A DNA stretch of 64,000 bases, from the NCBI GenBank assembly GCA_028715215.1, contig JAQUSF010000002.1, positions 15-64,014 on the forward strand. The letters are read 5' to 3'. This DNA is from Candidatus Zixiibacteriota bacterium (GTDB lineage Bacteria > Zixibacteria > MSB-5A5 > GN15 > FEB-12). Below, piece after piece: positions 1 through 9,564 of the stretch; the first letter of the stretch is position 1; every line of letters starts with the position of its first letter. The notes under the pieces are model-generated. The model searched no databases. It saw nothing but the letters and a program-made list of their open reading frames with translations, and was not told where the DNA came from. Made by a program: the position numbers and the translations under genes.

Positions 1-1
1 T

Positions 2-751
2 ATTAAAAGACAGAATATAATCATCTGGGACCGTTTTGATTATTCCCTTACCGATGCCGGCTTTACCCGCGAGCGATTCCCCGGAGTTAGTATTGAAGGT
101 ATGCAGACGATGGATGAAGCCGCTTATGAAGGCATAACTGACGATAGTCGCTGGTTGAAGCCGGATGGTACTCATATCAGTACTGAAAATTTCGATAAGG
201 AAGTTTATTACTGGGCGGATGTGGATGGACTCAAGGACAAGCAGTATCTCAATCAGCATGTATTTAATGACAGGTATTCATATTTTGGCAATCTGCTCAC
301 CAAAAAACTGACTAAAATCATCAATGTCCCGGTATTTAAGAATACCGGCAACGGGATATCGATGGCGACCAAGAATATCGGTTATGCTGCGATCTGCAAT
401 ACGGGACGTCTGCATCAGCCGTTGTTTTTTGATGTTTGCACCGAAGTTCTGGCATTTCCGGTCATTCGCGATAAACTGGTACTGAATATTACCGACGGCC
501 TTCGCGCCCAGTATGACGGCGGGCCGATGCCGAACGCCTCTTTTGCCTATTCATACATGACATTGTATTTCGCAACTGACCCCTTTGCACTGGATATGGT
601 CTGTCATAATAAAATGGTGGCTAAACGCAAGAGTATGAATATCAAGGTCAATGAACATCCCATGTTCACCGAGTACCTTCGTTATGGTGAAAAACTTGGC
701 CTGGGTGTGGTTGACGCCGAGAAAACGGAACACCTTTACGTTAATATTTGA
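2..751 (+). CDS. DUF362-family protein, 5'-truncated by the window edge
   Basis: The frame is open from nt 2, with no stop before the first ATG at 101. The N-terminal residues NIIIWDRFDYSLTDAGF parallel NIIIWDRTNRELSGAGF in the complete paralog at 42236..43159. Overall similarity extends to the DUF362-like ORF at 35366..36328. Confidence 0.7.
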   Translation: MKRQNIIIWDRFDYSLTDAGFTRERFPGVSIEGMQTMDEAAYEGITDDSRWLKPDGTHISTENFDKEVYYWADVDGLKDKQYLNQHVFNDRYSYFGNLLTKKLTKIINVPVFKNTGNGISMATKNIGYAAICNTGRLHQPLFFDVCTEVLAFPVIRDKLVLNITDGLRAQYDGGPMPNASFAYSYMTLYFATDPFALDMVCHNKMVAKRKSMNIKVNEHPMFTEYLRYGEKLGLGVVDAEKTEHLYVNI

Positions 752-762
752 AAGTGATAACG

Positions 763-1638
763 ATGCCGGATTATAAAACAACGCTGCCTTTTTTTCTCGT
801 TTTTTTATTGGTTTTATCAGCATTTGGAGAAAGTGTTATACCAGGCTCTGATTTTGAACCGGGTTGGGTCGAAGCAGGAGCCACGAAGTCTTTTTATAAA
901 CATGACCTTTATGGTCATATCAATGGCGGTGCCGAGCTGTTCCTGGAATTCGGTTTTGAGAAGCTGACGGTTCAGAGATATCACAAAGATACTATTGAAA
1001 TAGACCTTGAAATATATGAAATGACTGAACCTGAAGCTGCCCTGGGTATCTATCTAATGAAGTGCGGTCGGGAGACACCGCTGGCTGAAATACCGGCCCG
1101 CCATACCGTAAATCCCTTCCAGCTGACAGTGGTGAAGAGTAATTATTTCATTCAGGTAAACAGTTTCAGCGGTCGGAAGGACCTGGTCTTGGTGATGGGG
1201 AATCTGGTCAATCAGGTGCTGGCCAGGATCCCTGATTCTGAAGAAATAAAATTATTCTCTTATCTGCCGGGTTTGAATTTAATTGGCGGCTCCGAATTGT
1301 TGATTCGGGGACAGTATGCCCTGCAGCCGCTTTATACCCTGGGGGAGGGGGATATTCTTAAACTGGACGGTAAAATTTATGGTGTCGTCGGCAGTTACCG
1401 GATAGACAGCCTCGATAGCTATACCCTTGTGGTCATACTTTACCCGGACGTAGAAACTGCAATGGGGGTATTCGAAAACCTCAAACAGAACCTTGACCCG
1501 TATCTTGAGGTAATCGATTATGACCTTACCGGTTTTATATTTAAGGATTACCAGAATCGTTTTGGTGATGTTCACCTTCGGAATAATATCCTGCAAATCA
1601 GGTTTAACCTGCCGGAACAACCGGTTTTAACCGAATAA
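763..1638 (+). CDS. Secreted protein of unknown function, paralog of 37997..38944
   Basis: It has an N-terminal signal-like segment (LPFFLVFLLVLSAFG). The motif HINGGAELFLEFGF...IDLEIYEM matches YINGGAELYHNYNF...VVDIYRF in 37997..38944. It follows a DUF362 gene in both places. The track start at 748 is TTG; ATG 763 is preferred, but the start is uncertain. Confidence 0.6.
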   Translation: MPDYKTTLPFFLVFLLVLSAFGESVIPGSDFEPGWVEAGATKSFYKHDLYGHINGGAELFLEFGFEKLTVQRYHKDTIEIDLEIYEMTEPEAALGIYLMKCGRETPLAEIPARHTVNPFQLTVVKSNYFIQVNSFSGRKDLVLVMGNLVNQVLARIPDSEEIKLFSYLPGLNLIGGSELLIRGQYALQPLYTLGEGDILKLDGKIYGVVGSYRIDSLDSYTLVVILYPDVETAMGVFENLKQNLDPYLEVIDYDLTGFIFKDYQNRFGDVHLRNNILQIRFNLPEQPVLTE

Positions 1639-1668
1639 AAAAAGCGGGCTGAAAAGCCCGCTTGATAT
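1636..1668. terminator. Rho-independent terminator between convergent genes
   Basis: A perfect 8-bp stem AGCGGGCT (1643-1650) / AGCCCGCT (1655-1662) closes a GAAA loop. An A-run lies on the left, giving a T-run for the minus-strand gene. Confidence 0.75.
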
Positions 1669-1681
1669 TCACGGCTCGCTT

Positions 1682-2584
1682 TTAAATAAGTTTAAACACG
1701 AAACCGATACCCAGGGTCTCTTTTAACCGGCCCTTGGTGCTGACCTGTTTGTCATAAAGAAACTGGGTATAAAAATTGACGGTAATAATCTTCGACAGGT
1801 TGGCGCTGATGATATTTTCCCAGCTGACATCCACGGTTTTCCAGTAATCTTCCTGCGGCGTCCCTTTGAAATCATCCTTCTGCGAAAAGAAGAGAGCCTT
1901 GAACAGGGTAAGCTTACCGGTATAGGTCATTTTCTTGCTGAGGGTCAGGTTGACGTCGGTCACCGATTCAATACCGCCGTCGACAAAAGTTGAATCTTCG
2001 GTAGTCAGAAGGACGCTGTCGGTTATTCCGGTTTTAAAAGTCTGACGGAGCGCCAGACCCAGGCGACTGGTAATCTGGTCGTTGTCTTTTTCATAAAACC
2101 GGCGGGCCAGACCGGCCGATTCGGTTAATTTCAGCGGCGATAAATATCTCTTTTTAGCGTCTATGGAGGCGTCTACGAATTGCGATTCAAGGCGGAAGGC
2201 CACGTAAGGGTCGATTATCTTGTTGAGAATAAAGCGGCCGACATTTTCAAAATCAATAAGGTCGGTGGATTTCCTGGGTTTATTCCAGTTTTTAGTGGTA
2301 TCCTGGCTGATAGTTTGACCGAATGACAATTTCAGGGTCGAACGAAAATTAAACCAGGGTTTGAGATTTTTTTCAGCGGCGCCGTTAAGATTACCGACCC
2401 AGTTAAACGAGCCGATTTCGCCGCCCACCCAGGAATCGGAATAAGCGGTCTGAGTGGTGGTAACGTCCACTATCAGTGATTTTTTCCACCTGGTTGCTGC
2501 GACAGTATCCTGTGCCGAAACAAGCATGCTCAAACCAAGCAGAAAAAAAATGGTGAAACACAATGTTTTTAATAAAGTATTCAT
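1682..2584 (-). CDS. Outer-membrane beta-barrel-like protein (DUF3078-like)
   Basis: It has a signal peptide (FFLLGLSMLVSAQD) and alternating amphipathic beta-strand-like segments. The motif SDSWVGGE...NWVGNLNG recalls DUF3078 proteins of the Bacteroidota/FCB group. The family assignment is from memory only. Confidence 0.6.
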   Translation of the reverse strand: MNTLLKTLCFTIFFLLGLSMLVSAQDTVAATRWKKSLIVDVTTTQTAYSDSWVGGEIGSFNWVGNLNGAAEKNLKPWFNFRSTLKLSFGQTISQDTTKNWNKPRKSTDLIDFENVGRFILNKIIDPYVAFRLESQFVDASIDAKKRYLSPLKLTESAGLARRFYEKDNDQITSRLGLALRQTFKTGITDSVLLTTEDSTFVDGGIESVTDVNLTLSKKMTYTGKLTLFKALFFSQKDDFKGTPQEDYWKTVDVSWENIISANLSKIITVNFYTQFLYDKQVSTKGRLKETLGIGFVFKLI

Positions 2585-2601
2585 TGTAAAACCTCCTTTT
2601 A

Positions 2602-3414
2602 TCAGGTTGTTGCCTGGAATAAATGAACATCTCTTTGCGGAAAAGGTATAGAAACTCCCTGTTCGTCGAAAGCTAATTTTACTTTTTCAGTGATATCGAA
2701 ATAGACTTTCCAGTAGTCAACGGTTTTTACCCATGGGCGCACGGCGAAATTAACTGAGCTGTCGGCCAGTTCCTGCACGGTCACGGTCGGGGCGGGATCT
2801 TTAAGCACCCGCTGGTCATCGGTTAATATTCGTTCCATTATGGTTTTAGCTTTTTTGATGTCATCACTGTAACCTATGCCGAAAACAAGATCCACCCGGC
2901 GTATCTCGTTGGCCGAGTAATTGACGATGTTGTCACCGGTTATTTTGCTGTTGGGGATAATCACCTTTTTATTATCCGGGGTATTTAAGATGGTATTGAA
3001 AATATGAACGGTGGCAACCGAACCGCTGACTCCGCCGGCTTCGATATAATCGCCGACTTTGAAAGGACGGAAAATGACAATCATGACTCCGGAAGCAAAG
3101 TTGGTCAGGGAACCCTGAAGAGCAAAACCAATAGCCAGTCCAGCGGCGCCTATTATCGCAACGAATGAAGCGGTTTGTACTCCCAGTGTTCCCAGGGCGG
3201 CAATAATGACAAACGTCATTAAAGCGATTCTGGTAAGACTCGTTATGAATTTAATCAATGTTGCCTCGGTCTTGCTCCGTTCCAGAAGACGTCTTATAAT
3301 ACGTGTCAGCAGACTCACGGCAAAGCGCCCGATGATAAGAATTGCCAGGGCGCCCAGTATTTTAAGACCGTAACTGGCACCCCACTCAATAAGTTTCGTG
3401 GTGACTGTTTCCAT
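2602..3414 (-). CDS. mscS: Small-conductance mechanosensitive channel MscS
   Basis: TM helices are followed by the hallmark FRPFKVGDYIE...G.V..I....T.L...DNK.V.IPNS beta-domain. The track start at 3432 is GTG. ATG 3414 has a GGAGG upstream. Confidence 0.85.
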   Translation of the reverse strand: METVTTKLIEWGASYGLKILGALAILIIGRFAVSLLTRIIRRLLERSKTEATLIKFITSLTRIALMTFVIIAALGTLGVQTASFVAIIGAAGLAIGFALQGSLTNFASGVMIVIFRPFKVGDYIEAGGVSGSVATVHIFNTILNTPDNKKVIIPNSKITGDNIVNYSANEIRRVDLVFGIGYSDDIKKAKTIMERILTDDQRVLKDPAPTVTVQELADSSVNFAVRPWVKTVDYWKVYFDITEKVKLAFDEQGVSIPFPQRDVHLFQATT

Positions 3415-3608
3415 ATTTAGTTCTACCTCCACTCCATGAAAAAAAGTTTATCCTTCGACTTTTTATAAAGCGGTCGGATATTATGAATTATAATATAAAA
3501 ATTATTCTGGTGCCAACTTAAATATCTCGAAGAGAAATATTTTTCCGGGTGATAATTGAACATTCAATTTTTTTTACAGATTATAAAATTGTAAAGGTAA
3601 CGACAAGT

Positions 3609-3647
3609 AAAAAAGCCTCGAACTCATGGGAGGATAATGTTCGAGGC
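3609..3647 (-). terminator. Hairpin plus T-run, read on the minus strand; second terminator downstream of pfp
   Basis: The 9-bp stem is GCCTCGAAC (3615-3623) / GTTCGAGGC (3639-3647). The A6 run at 3609-3614 becomes a T-run on the minus strand. Confidence 0.5.
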
Positions 3648-3771
3648 GCTGTACGGCATTGAAGTAAATAATTAAGGAGAATGTTTACCAGCCGCTAATA
3701 TTTTCAACAACCGCCCAAAAATAAAGTTTCACGAAACATCCGGCTGACACTTGAAATAAAGCCGATGGAAT

Positions 3772-3811
3772 AAAAAAACCGTCACAGCGGGAGCATCATG
3801 ACGGTTTTTTC
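3772..3811. terminator. Rho-independent terminator of the PFK gene
   Basis: The stem ACCGTCA (3778-3784) / TGACGGT (3799-3805) is flanked by an A7 run and a T6 run. It lies 19 nt beyond the PFK stop codon. Confidence 0.75.
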
Positions 3812-3829
3812 TTTAAGATAATTTAGCAT

Positions 3830-5041
3830 TTAATAAATCCGGTCAATCGGACCGGTTACTTTTTCAAATTCTGCTTGAAATTCCTGGCGAACGCGGCCAA
3901 AACAAAAGCCCAGCTGTTCGTAAAGAATAACCTGGTCCGGGTCGACCTGGCGTTGCTTAATGGCTTCTTTGATATCCATGTAATGTACCCGGTCTTTATA
4001 GAAGCCGGTTACGGTAACACCGGTAATATTTTCCAGAAGACAGAGAACCGCACTGGCACCGGCTTCCATGCCGAAATTCGCGTCATAAGCCGAAGTAAAC
4101 CCGGAACGTACGAGATGCGACGGGGTGATTACCCGGACCTCGGGCAGTTCGTAAAGCTCCGGAACAAACATGCCCTGTTCTTTCATGAAGACTTTTATTT
4201 CACTGTCGGCTTTCAGCATTTTCTTAAGTTCCTGGGCGACGTATTTACCGGCCCCGGCCAGTTTTTTATGTCCAAAAGTATCCAGCCCGGCGGAATCATC
4301 GTACATTTCCTGGCCGGAAGCATTTTTAAGTCCCTCGGCAACAACAATGGTATAAGTGCCGGCGTTGATATCGCTCTCTATAATTCGTTTGGTATAAACT
4401 TTTTTCATGTGACGATACAACTCTTCGAAATCAACCGGGAGTTCCGGGATTAAAATAGCATCAGCTTCGCCGGCGATACCCCCGCGGAAAGCGGTATGAC
4501 CGGCGTAACGCCCGAACACTTCGATAACCATCACCCGGTTATGGGTACGGCCGGTGGTTTTCAGGTCGCGGAGAATTTCGGCAATCCGGTTGATGGTGGA
4601 ATCACCGCCGACGCTGTAGGGCATAAGGTCCAGGTCCATCGTTTTAGGGGCGTGTACACATCTAATGCCGTTAGCGGCCAAATCGAGAATAACCGAACCG
4701 GTATCGTCGCCACCGCTTATAACCAGTCCGCCGATACCGAATTTGTCGAGCCCGGCTTTTATCCGTTCATATTTTTTTTCATCTTTAATTTTGGATATCT
4801 TGACCCGGGAATGACCGGCTTCGGAACCAGCCAGCCCGATACTGAAAGTATCCACCCGGGAAGGTGTTAATTCGACCAGGGTATTCATTTCGATAAGATT
4901 GTAAAGACCGGAATAGCCGTTGGGAATAACGAAGGTTTGTACGCCTTTACGGTTGGCCATTTGAGCAGCACCTTTGACGACTCCGTTTAAACCCCCGCAA
5001 TCACCTCCGCTGGTGATAAGACCGATTCTCTTTATGTCCAT
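3830..5041 (-). CDS. pfp: 6-phosphofructokinase family enzyme with a PPi-type residue signature
   Basis: Motifs are ITSGGDCGGLN, GGDDTGS and PKTMDLD. The Asp in GGDD and the Lys in PKT are the residues classically associated with PPi rather than ATP use. ATG 5041 (MDIKRIG) has a GGGAGA RBS, whereas the longer ORF runs to 5089. Confidence 0.85.
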   Translation of the reverse strand: MDIKRIGLITSGGDCGGLNGVVKGAAQMANRKGVQTFVIPNGYSGLYNLIEMNTLVELTPSRVDTFSIGLAGSEAGHSRVKISKIKDEKKYERIKAGLDKFGIGGLVISGGDDTGSVILDLAANGIRCVHAPKTMDLDLMPYSVGGDSTINRIAEILRDLKTTGRTHNRVMVIEVFGRYAGHTAFRGGIAGEADAILIPELPVDFEELYRHMKKVYTKRIIESDINAGTYTIVVAEGLKNASGQEMYDDSAGLDTFGHKKLAGAGKYVAQELKKMLKADSEIKVFMKEQGMFVPELYELPEVRVITPSHLVRSGFTSAYDANFGMEAGASAVLCLLENITGVTVTGFYKDRVHYMDIKEAIKQRQVDPDQVILYEQLGFCFGRVRQEFQAEFEKVTGPIDRIY

Positions 5042-5200
5042 CTTTTTCTCCCGAAGTAAACGTATTTTTCCCTTTTCCTCGATTCGCAACGGCGAACAAG
5101 GTCAGGCTCTCATTTTATGACTATTATTATAGCTTTTTATTAAGCGGTTAGTCAACAAAATGAAATATAAAGATAGGGTAAACTCGTTTAAAAAATGATT

Positions 5201-5407
5201 TTAAAAGGAAGTATTAAACTTATTGACAATGTCATTGATAATGACCACCGTTCCGCTCCGGTTGTCATAAAAGGAAAAGTTGACGTTATCCGATTTAGCC
5301 ACCTGTTCCCGGTTGTCGTGCATGATATACTGGGACTTGAATCGAAGTTGATTATCAATTTCCAGATACACCGTATCTTTGGTCACATCGATTACTTTGG
5401 CTAACAT
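5201..5407 (-). CDS. Small hypothetical protein (68 aa)
   Basis: A canonical AGGAG sits 8 nt upstream of the ATG on the minus strand. The mirror plus-strand ORF (5195..5404) has no such RBS. No family was recognised. Confidence 0.45.
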   Translation of the reverse strand: MLAKVIDVTKDTVYLEIDNQLRFKSQYIMHDNREQVAKSDNVNFSFYDNRSGTVVIINDIVNKFNTSF

Positions 5408-5697
5408 TTACATTACTCCTGAAATAAAAAAAATGACTATTTAAGTCAGATATTATTAATTATGTTTTTTATACTAAAAGCTCCAGTCGGAGTTAAAATG
5501 TAACCTGATGAAAAAACGGATATTTTTAAATAATTTAATTTATTGCCAGATATTGTCAAGTGAATATTTATTACTGCGGGACAATCAATTATTTGTTTTT
5601 TTCGTAACTTATTGTAATATTTGTAGGTTATACAATAATTAAATGGTTATTTAATATGCTTCAAACCATTATTTTTTATAAACAGGAACTTGAATAA

Positions 5698-8049
5698 ATG
5701 GGTTTTAGCACTGTCGGTGAACTTCTGATATTATTTGCTCTGGCTATGAATATAATTGCCGGGTTCAGCTATTTTCTGGTCACTCGCGGTAAAAATGATT
5801 TTCTGTCACTTGGTTACAAGTGCTATAATCTTTTTACTTTGTTCGTCGGGCTGGCGGTAATTTATCTTTTTTACCTGTTTTTCAGCCACAACTACGCTTT
5901 TAAATATATTTATGAATATTCCGAGAGGAGCCAGCCTTTCCTCTATATCTTATCCGCTTTCTGGGGTGGTCAGGAAGGCACTTATCTTTTATGGCTTTTT
6001 TTTAACGCCCTGTTCGGCCATATAATAATCGAGAAAGCCGGGCAGTACCGCAATTATGCCATGGTCATATTTTCCCTGATTAATCTTTTCCTGCTTTTAA
6101 TCCTCGTCAATTTATCGCCTTTTGCCCTTTTACCGTTTATACCCGATGATGGCCTGGGGTTGAATCCGTTGCTACGCGACCCCTGGATGATAATTCATCC
6201 CCCGGTGATTTTTATCGGGTATGCCATGGCCGCCATTCCCTATGCAATTGTCATGGCGGCGCTGATTGTGAACGACCATACTGACTGGGTAAGACGTATC
6301 TTTCCCTGGGTGGCGATAGTTGCTCTGACTCTTGGGGCAGGCAATGTTCTGGGCGGTTACTGGGCTTATAAAACACTCGGATGGGGTGGTTATTGGGGGT
6401 GGGACCCGGTTGAAAACTCGTCTTTTATTCCCTGGATTGTGTCACTGGCGTTGATTCACGGTTTGATTATACAGCGGCGTTCCGGGGCTTTGAAAAAAAC
6501 CAATATTATTCTCAGTGCTTTTGTGTTCCTGCTGGTGGTATACGGGACGTTTCTAACACGCAGTGGAGTGCTGGCCGATTTTTCCGTGCACAGTTTCACG
6601 GACCTGGGCGTTAATATTTTCCTGATCGGCTTTATCCTGGTATTCGTGATATTTACCTTGATTCTATATATTTACCGTTTTAAAAAAGTAATGAATGAGC
6701 CGGTAAACTACAACTATTACGGGCGGGAATTTGCTCTTTTTGCCGGGTTGACGGTTCTGTTGATTTTCAGCCTGGTTGTACTTTTCTGGACATCGCTGCC
6801 CTTTATCACTTCGGTTACGGATAATCCCCGGGCGGCTGATATTACGACCTATAATGATTTTGCCCTGCCGCTGGCGATAATCATTTCATTTCTGTTAAGT
6901 GTTTCACCTTTTTTGTCATATGGTCGCTCCGAGGTAAAAAAATGGCCGGTTAAACTGACGGTCAGCGTGGCTTTGGGACTTACCATAAGTTTCGGTTTAT
7001 TTTATTTCGTGGCTAAAAATCCCCTGGTGGTGCCCATAATTTGCACCCTGGTTCTAACCGGTCTTTTAATGTACCTTTTCAGTCCGGAAATCCGGCGAAA
7101 AATGATTTTACCCTTAACGGCTTCTCTGTTTACAGTCATAGTCGCCGTTATTGTCGGAGTAAGGGATAATTTTTATATAATGTTTTTTGCCATGGCTGTT
7201 ATGGCAATAATGTCCAATTTAAAGGCTATGCGCGGCTTTTTTCCTCACAACTGGAAGCTTTTAGGGGGACAGCTGACTCATCTGGGTTACGGCATCATGC
7301 TCATCGGGATTCTGGCATCCTCCGGCTTTTCAACCAGTGAAAAACTGATTTTACCTCGGGGAACCACCGGCTCGGCTTTCGGTATGAACCTTCGATATAC
7401 CGGTATGGCCGGAAGTATCATGCAACCGAACAACCAGTTGAATATTGAAATGGAAAAAGGGACGATACGGTCGTATATCAATCCCCAGCTTTATTATTCC
7501 CGGCGGCTGGATGGTATTATGAGAAAGCCCTATATTGACCGGCAGTTTCTGAACGATTACTACTTTGCCCCCGAGCAAATACAGGAACTTGAGGGTGCCG
7601 AAGGGCTGGTCCTGGCTCGTGAAGAAAAGAAGTCGATAGGAGATTACACTTTTACTTTTCGGGGATTTTCACTCGAAGGTCACGGGGATTCCATGGCTGC
7701 CGGTATGACAGTCACAGCCATGCTTGATGTTGCATACGGCGACCGATTTACTACCCTGGCACCCGCCAAAATTCAGAATGCCGACCCTCGGGGTCAAGCC
7801 CATTTCATCGACCGACCGGCGCAACTATCGTTAAGTGACACGACCTATGAAGTTTATATTAACGGAATCATGGCGGATCAGGGGATGGTATCTTTGAACA
7901 TACCGGGCCTGACCCGTGGAAAACCGCCTGACCAGTTGATATTGGATATTTCTCGAAAGCCGCTTATAAATCTGGTCTGGGCCGGAACCACCCTGGTACT
8001 AATAGGTTCGCTGGTCGTTTTTTTCCGCCGAGAGCAAGATATGGTATAA
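5698..8049 (+). CDS. ccmF: Cytochrome c-type biogenesis heme lyase CcmF family protein
   Basis: It is polytopic and carries the Trp-rich WWD motif WGGYWGWDPVENSSFIPW plus the upstream motif SAFWGGQEGTYLLW typical of CcmF. No other ccm genes are in the window. Confidence 0.8.
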   Translation: MGFSTVGELLILFALAMNIIAGFSYFLVTRGKNDFLSLGYKCYNLFTLFVGLAVIYLFYLFFSHNYAFKYIYEYSERSQPFLYILSAFWGGQEGTYLLWLFFNALFGHIIIEKAGQYRNYAMVIFSLINLFLLLILVNLSPFALLPFIPDDGLGLNPLLRDPWMIIHPPVIFIGYAMAAIPYAIVMAALIVNDHTDWVRRIFPWVAIVALTLGAGNVLGGYWAYKTLGWGGYWGWDPVENSSFIPWIVSLALIHGLIIQRRSGALKKTNIILSAFVFLLVVYGTFLTRSGVLADFSVHSFTDLGVNIFLIGFILVFVIFTLILYIYRFKKVMNEPVNYNYYGREFALFAGLTVLLIFSLVVLFWTSLPFITSVTDNPRAADITTYNDFALPLAIIISFLLSVSPFLSYGRSEVKKWPVKLTVSVALGLTISFGLFYFVAKNPLVVPIICTLVLTGLLMYLFSPEIRRKMILPLTASLFTVIVAVIVGVRDNFYIMFFAMAVMAIMSNLKAMRGFFPHNWKLLGGQLTHLGYGIMLIGILASSGFSTSEKLILPRGTTGSAFGMNLRYTGMAGSIMQPNNQLNIEMEKGTIRSYINPQLYYSRRLDGIMRKPYIDRQFLNDYYFAPEQIQELEGAEGLVLAREEKKSIGDYTFTFRGFSLEGHGDSMAAGMTVTAMLDVAYGDRFTTLAPAKIQNADPRGQAHFIDRPAQLSLSDTTYEVYINGIMADQGMVSLNIPGLTRGKPPDQLILDISRKPLINLVWAGTTLVLIGSLVVFFRREQDMV

Positions 8050-8098
8050 GTCAACTTTCCATCAGTATTGTCGATAATAGAAATCAAGAGGGATGAAG

Positions 8099-8206
8099 AT
8101 GTTATCAATTATCTTATATATATTATTTGCGATTTTAATACTTCTTGCGGTTATTGAATTGCTTACATCGGTATTTAAAAAAGACTCGAAATCAAAACGT
8201 ACCTAA
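8099..8206 (+). CDS. Possible 35-aa single-TM peptide
   Basis: An AAGAGGG RBS lies about 6 nt upstream of the ATG. The sequence MLSIILYILFAILILLAVIELLTSVFKKDSKSKRT has a hydrophobic helix and a basic tail. It falls below the ORF-track threshold. Confidence 0.3.
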   Translation: MLSIILYILFAILILLAVIELLTSVFKKDSKSKRT

Positions 8207-8718
8207 TAACCCCACGGGCGAAAAATCAGGTAAATTATCTTTAAGGCCAGGTATAAAAATGAACCGAGCATAAGAATAAGAGAAGGAATAAATAAAAGGG
8301 AGTCGTTTTTTAATATAGTGAAGAAAATGATATTTATATAAAATATTATTCCGTTTATAGTAATTAATACCAGGAAAAGTTGTTTAACGGGTAAATTAAA
8401 AGTCCAGATATTTTTAAATTCCTTGATTTCGTTGAAAATCCTCGTCTGATTGAATATTATTGCCAAAATAGCCACTAAAATACCGGTACTCCCAATAAAA
8501 ACATTTATCAAGACAGCAGAATTGCTTTTAATATTCTCTCCATTTTCACTTATGATTTTATTGGCAGTTTCATCCGGCAAGAATACGGTGTCGGATTCTG
8601 AGACGACAACTTGTTTATTTATTACCGAAACATCAGCCATACAAATAGAACAAGACACAAATAATATTATTATTGAAAAACAGACAGGAAATTGTCCCGG
8701 TTTTTTAAATATTTTCAT
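8203..8718 (-). CDS. Hypothetical membrane protein in an AT-rich islet
   Basis: It has several predicted TM helices and overlaps the upstream gene by 14 nt, which suggests an operon. It is markedly more AT-rich than its neighbours. No family was recognised. Confidence 0.5.
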   Translation of the reverse strand: MKIFKKPGQFPVCFSIIILFVSCSICMADVSVINKQVVVSESDTVFLPDETANKIISENGENIKSNSAVLINVFIGSTGILVAILAIIFNQTRIFNEIKEFKNIWTFNLPVKQLFLVLITINGIIFYINIIFFTILKNDSLLFIPSLILMLGSFLYLALKIIYLIFRPWGY

Positions 8719-9379
8719 TTAAATTATCACCTATTACTTTATATTCAAATTTAATCATTGAGAAAAGGAGGTGAGCATTATGACGTTCGAACTCAGTGCA
8801 GAAATCCATGCATTTTTTAATACGGTTAAATTCAGACATTTTTTTCTGATATAAATAATCGTCTCCTCTGCTGATAATGCCGCCACCCGGCAAATTTTGT
8901 CCGTGAGGATCTTCAATGCACACATTTTTTTTATTGCCGACTGAAAAATGACGTTCATCCTCATTATGTGAGTTCTTTAAATACAGAGTTATTTTATTGG
9001 GATTGTTATTAAAATACGATAAAACGGGGTGACAGTCTAACCACTGACAATCATTCGGTTCAGGTAATTTACCTTTCTCCAGATAAAGATGAATATACTT
9101 GTCGTATTTTTGTTTTTCGATAATGAGCCTGGGACCGAAAATTAACTCCAAATGTTCAACCGGTGAGGAATCGAAACTTGTAATAAAATCACCCCAGAAA
9201 TTCGGTTCCAGTTCGCCGCCTAAAATATATAATTTACTGTCGCCATAATTTAATACTTCCTTTCTTTCCTTGGGATCTTCATATTTCCTGGTCGACAGCA
9301 AAGTGTGAAAAGGAATGGCAGCATAAATGATTAATAATCCCGTGATTGTTAAGGTAATATAAATCAACGATATTTCCAT
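8705..9379 (-). CDS. Hypothetical N-terminally anchored protein in an AT-rich islet
   Basis: One N-terminal TM helix (ISLIYITLTITGLLIIYAAIPF) is followed by a soluble domain. GGGGA lies upstream of the ATG. No family was recognised. Confidence 0.5.
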   Translation of the reverse strand: MEISLIYITLTITGLLIIYAAIPFHTLLSTRKYEDPKERKEVLNYGDSKLYILGGELEPNFWGDFITSFDSSPVEHLELIFGPRLIIEKQKYDKYIHLYLEKGKLPEPNDCQWLDCHPVLSYFNNNPNKITLYLKNSHNEDERHFSVGNKKNVCIEDPHGQNLPGGGIISRGDDYLYQKKMSEFNRIKKCMDFCTEFERHNAHLLFSMIKFEYKVIGDNLNENI

Positions 9380-9564
9380 ATAATCCCCAATAAAACCTGC
9401 TCAATATTGAAAAATTATTTTTGCATTTTAGATTAAAATGCCTATTTTGTCAATAAAAATATGATAAAAAAGATATTTTATAATGGTGGATTGTTGTAAG
9501 GGCTATGCTTATTTGATTGAAAAACAACAAGTTGTTTACATGTAATTAAATAAAAGGCTCTTTA

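Noticed and set aside
5195-5404. A 69-aa plus-strand ORF mirrors the minus-strand small ORF.
   Set aside because: Only the minus-strand partner has a canonical AGGAG RBS at the right spacing. The plus-strand ORF starts directly in an A-rich tract without one.
9380-9564. A possible purine riboswitch upstream of the purine permease gene.
   Set aside because: The leader contains TATAATGGTGGA, but it lacks the conserved junction and loop elements of the purine aptamer. There is no UUUCUACC-like J2/3 and no P2/P3 stems with complementary loops. I could not fold a three-way junction by eye.
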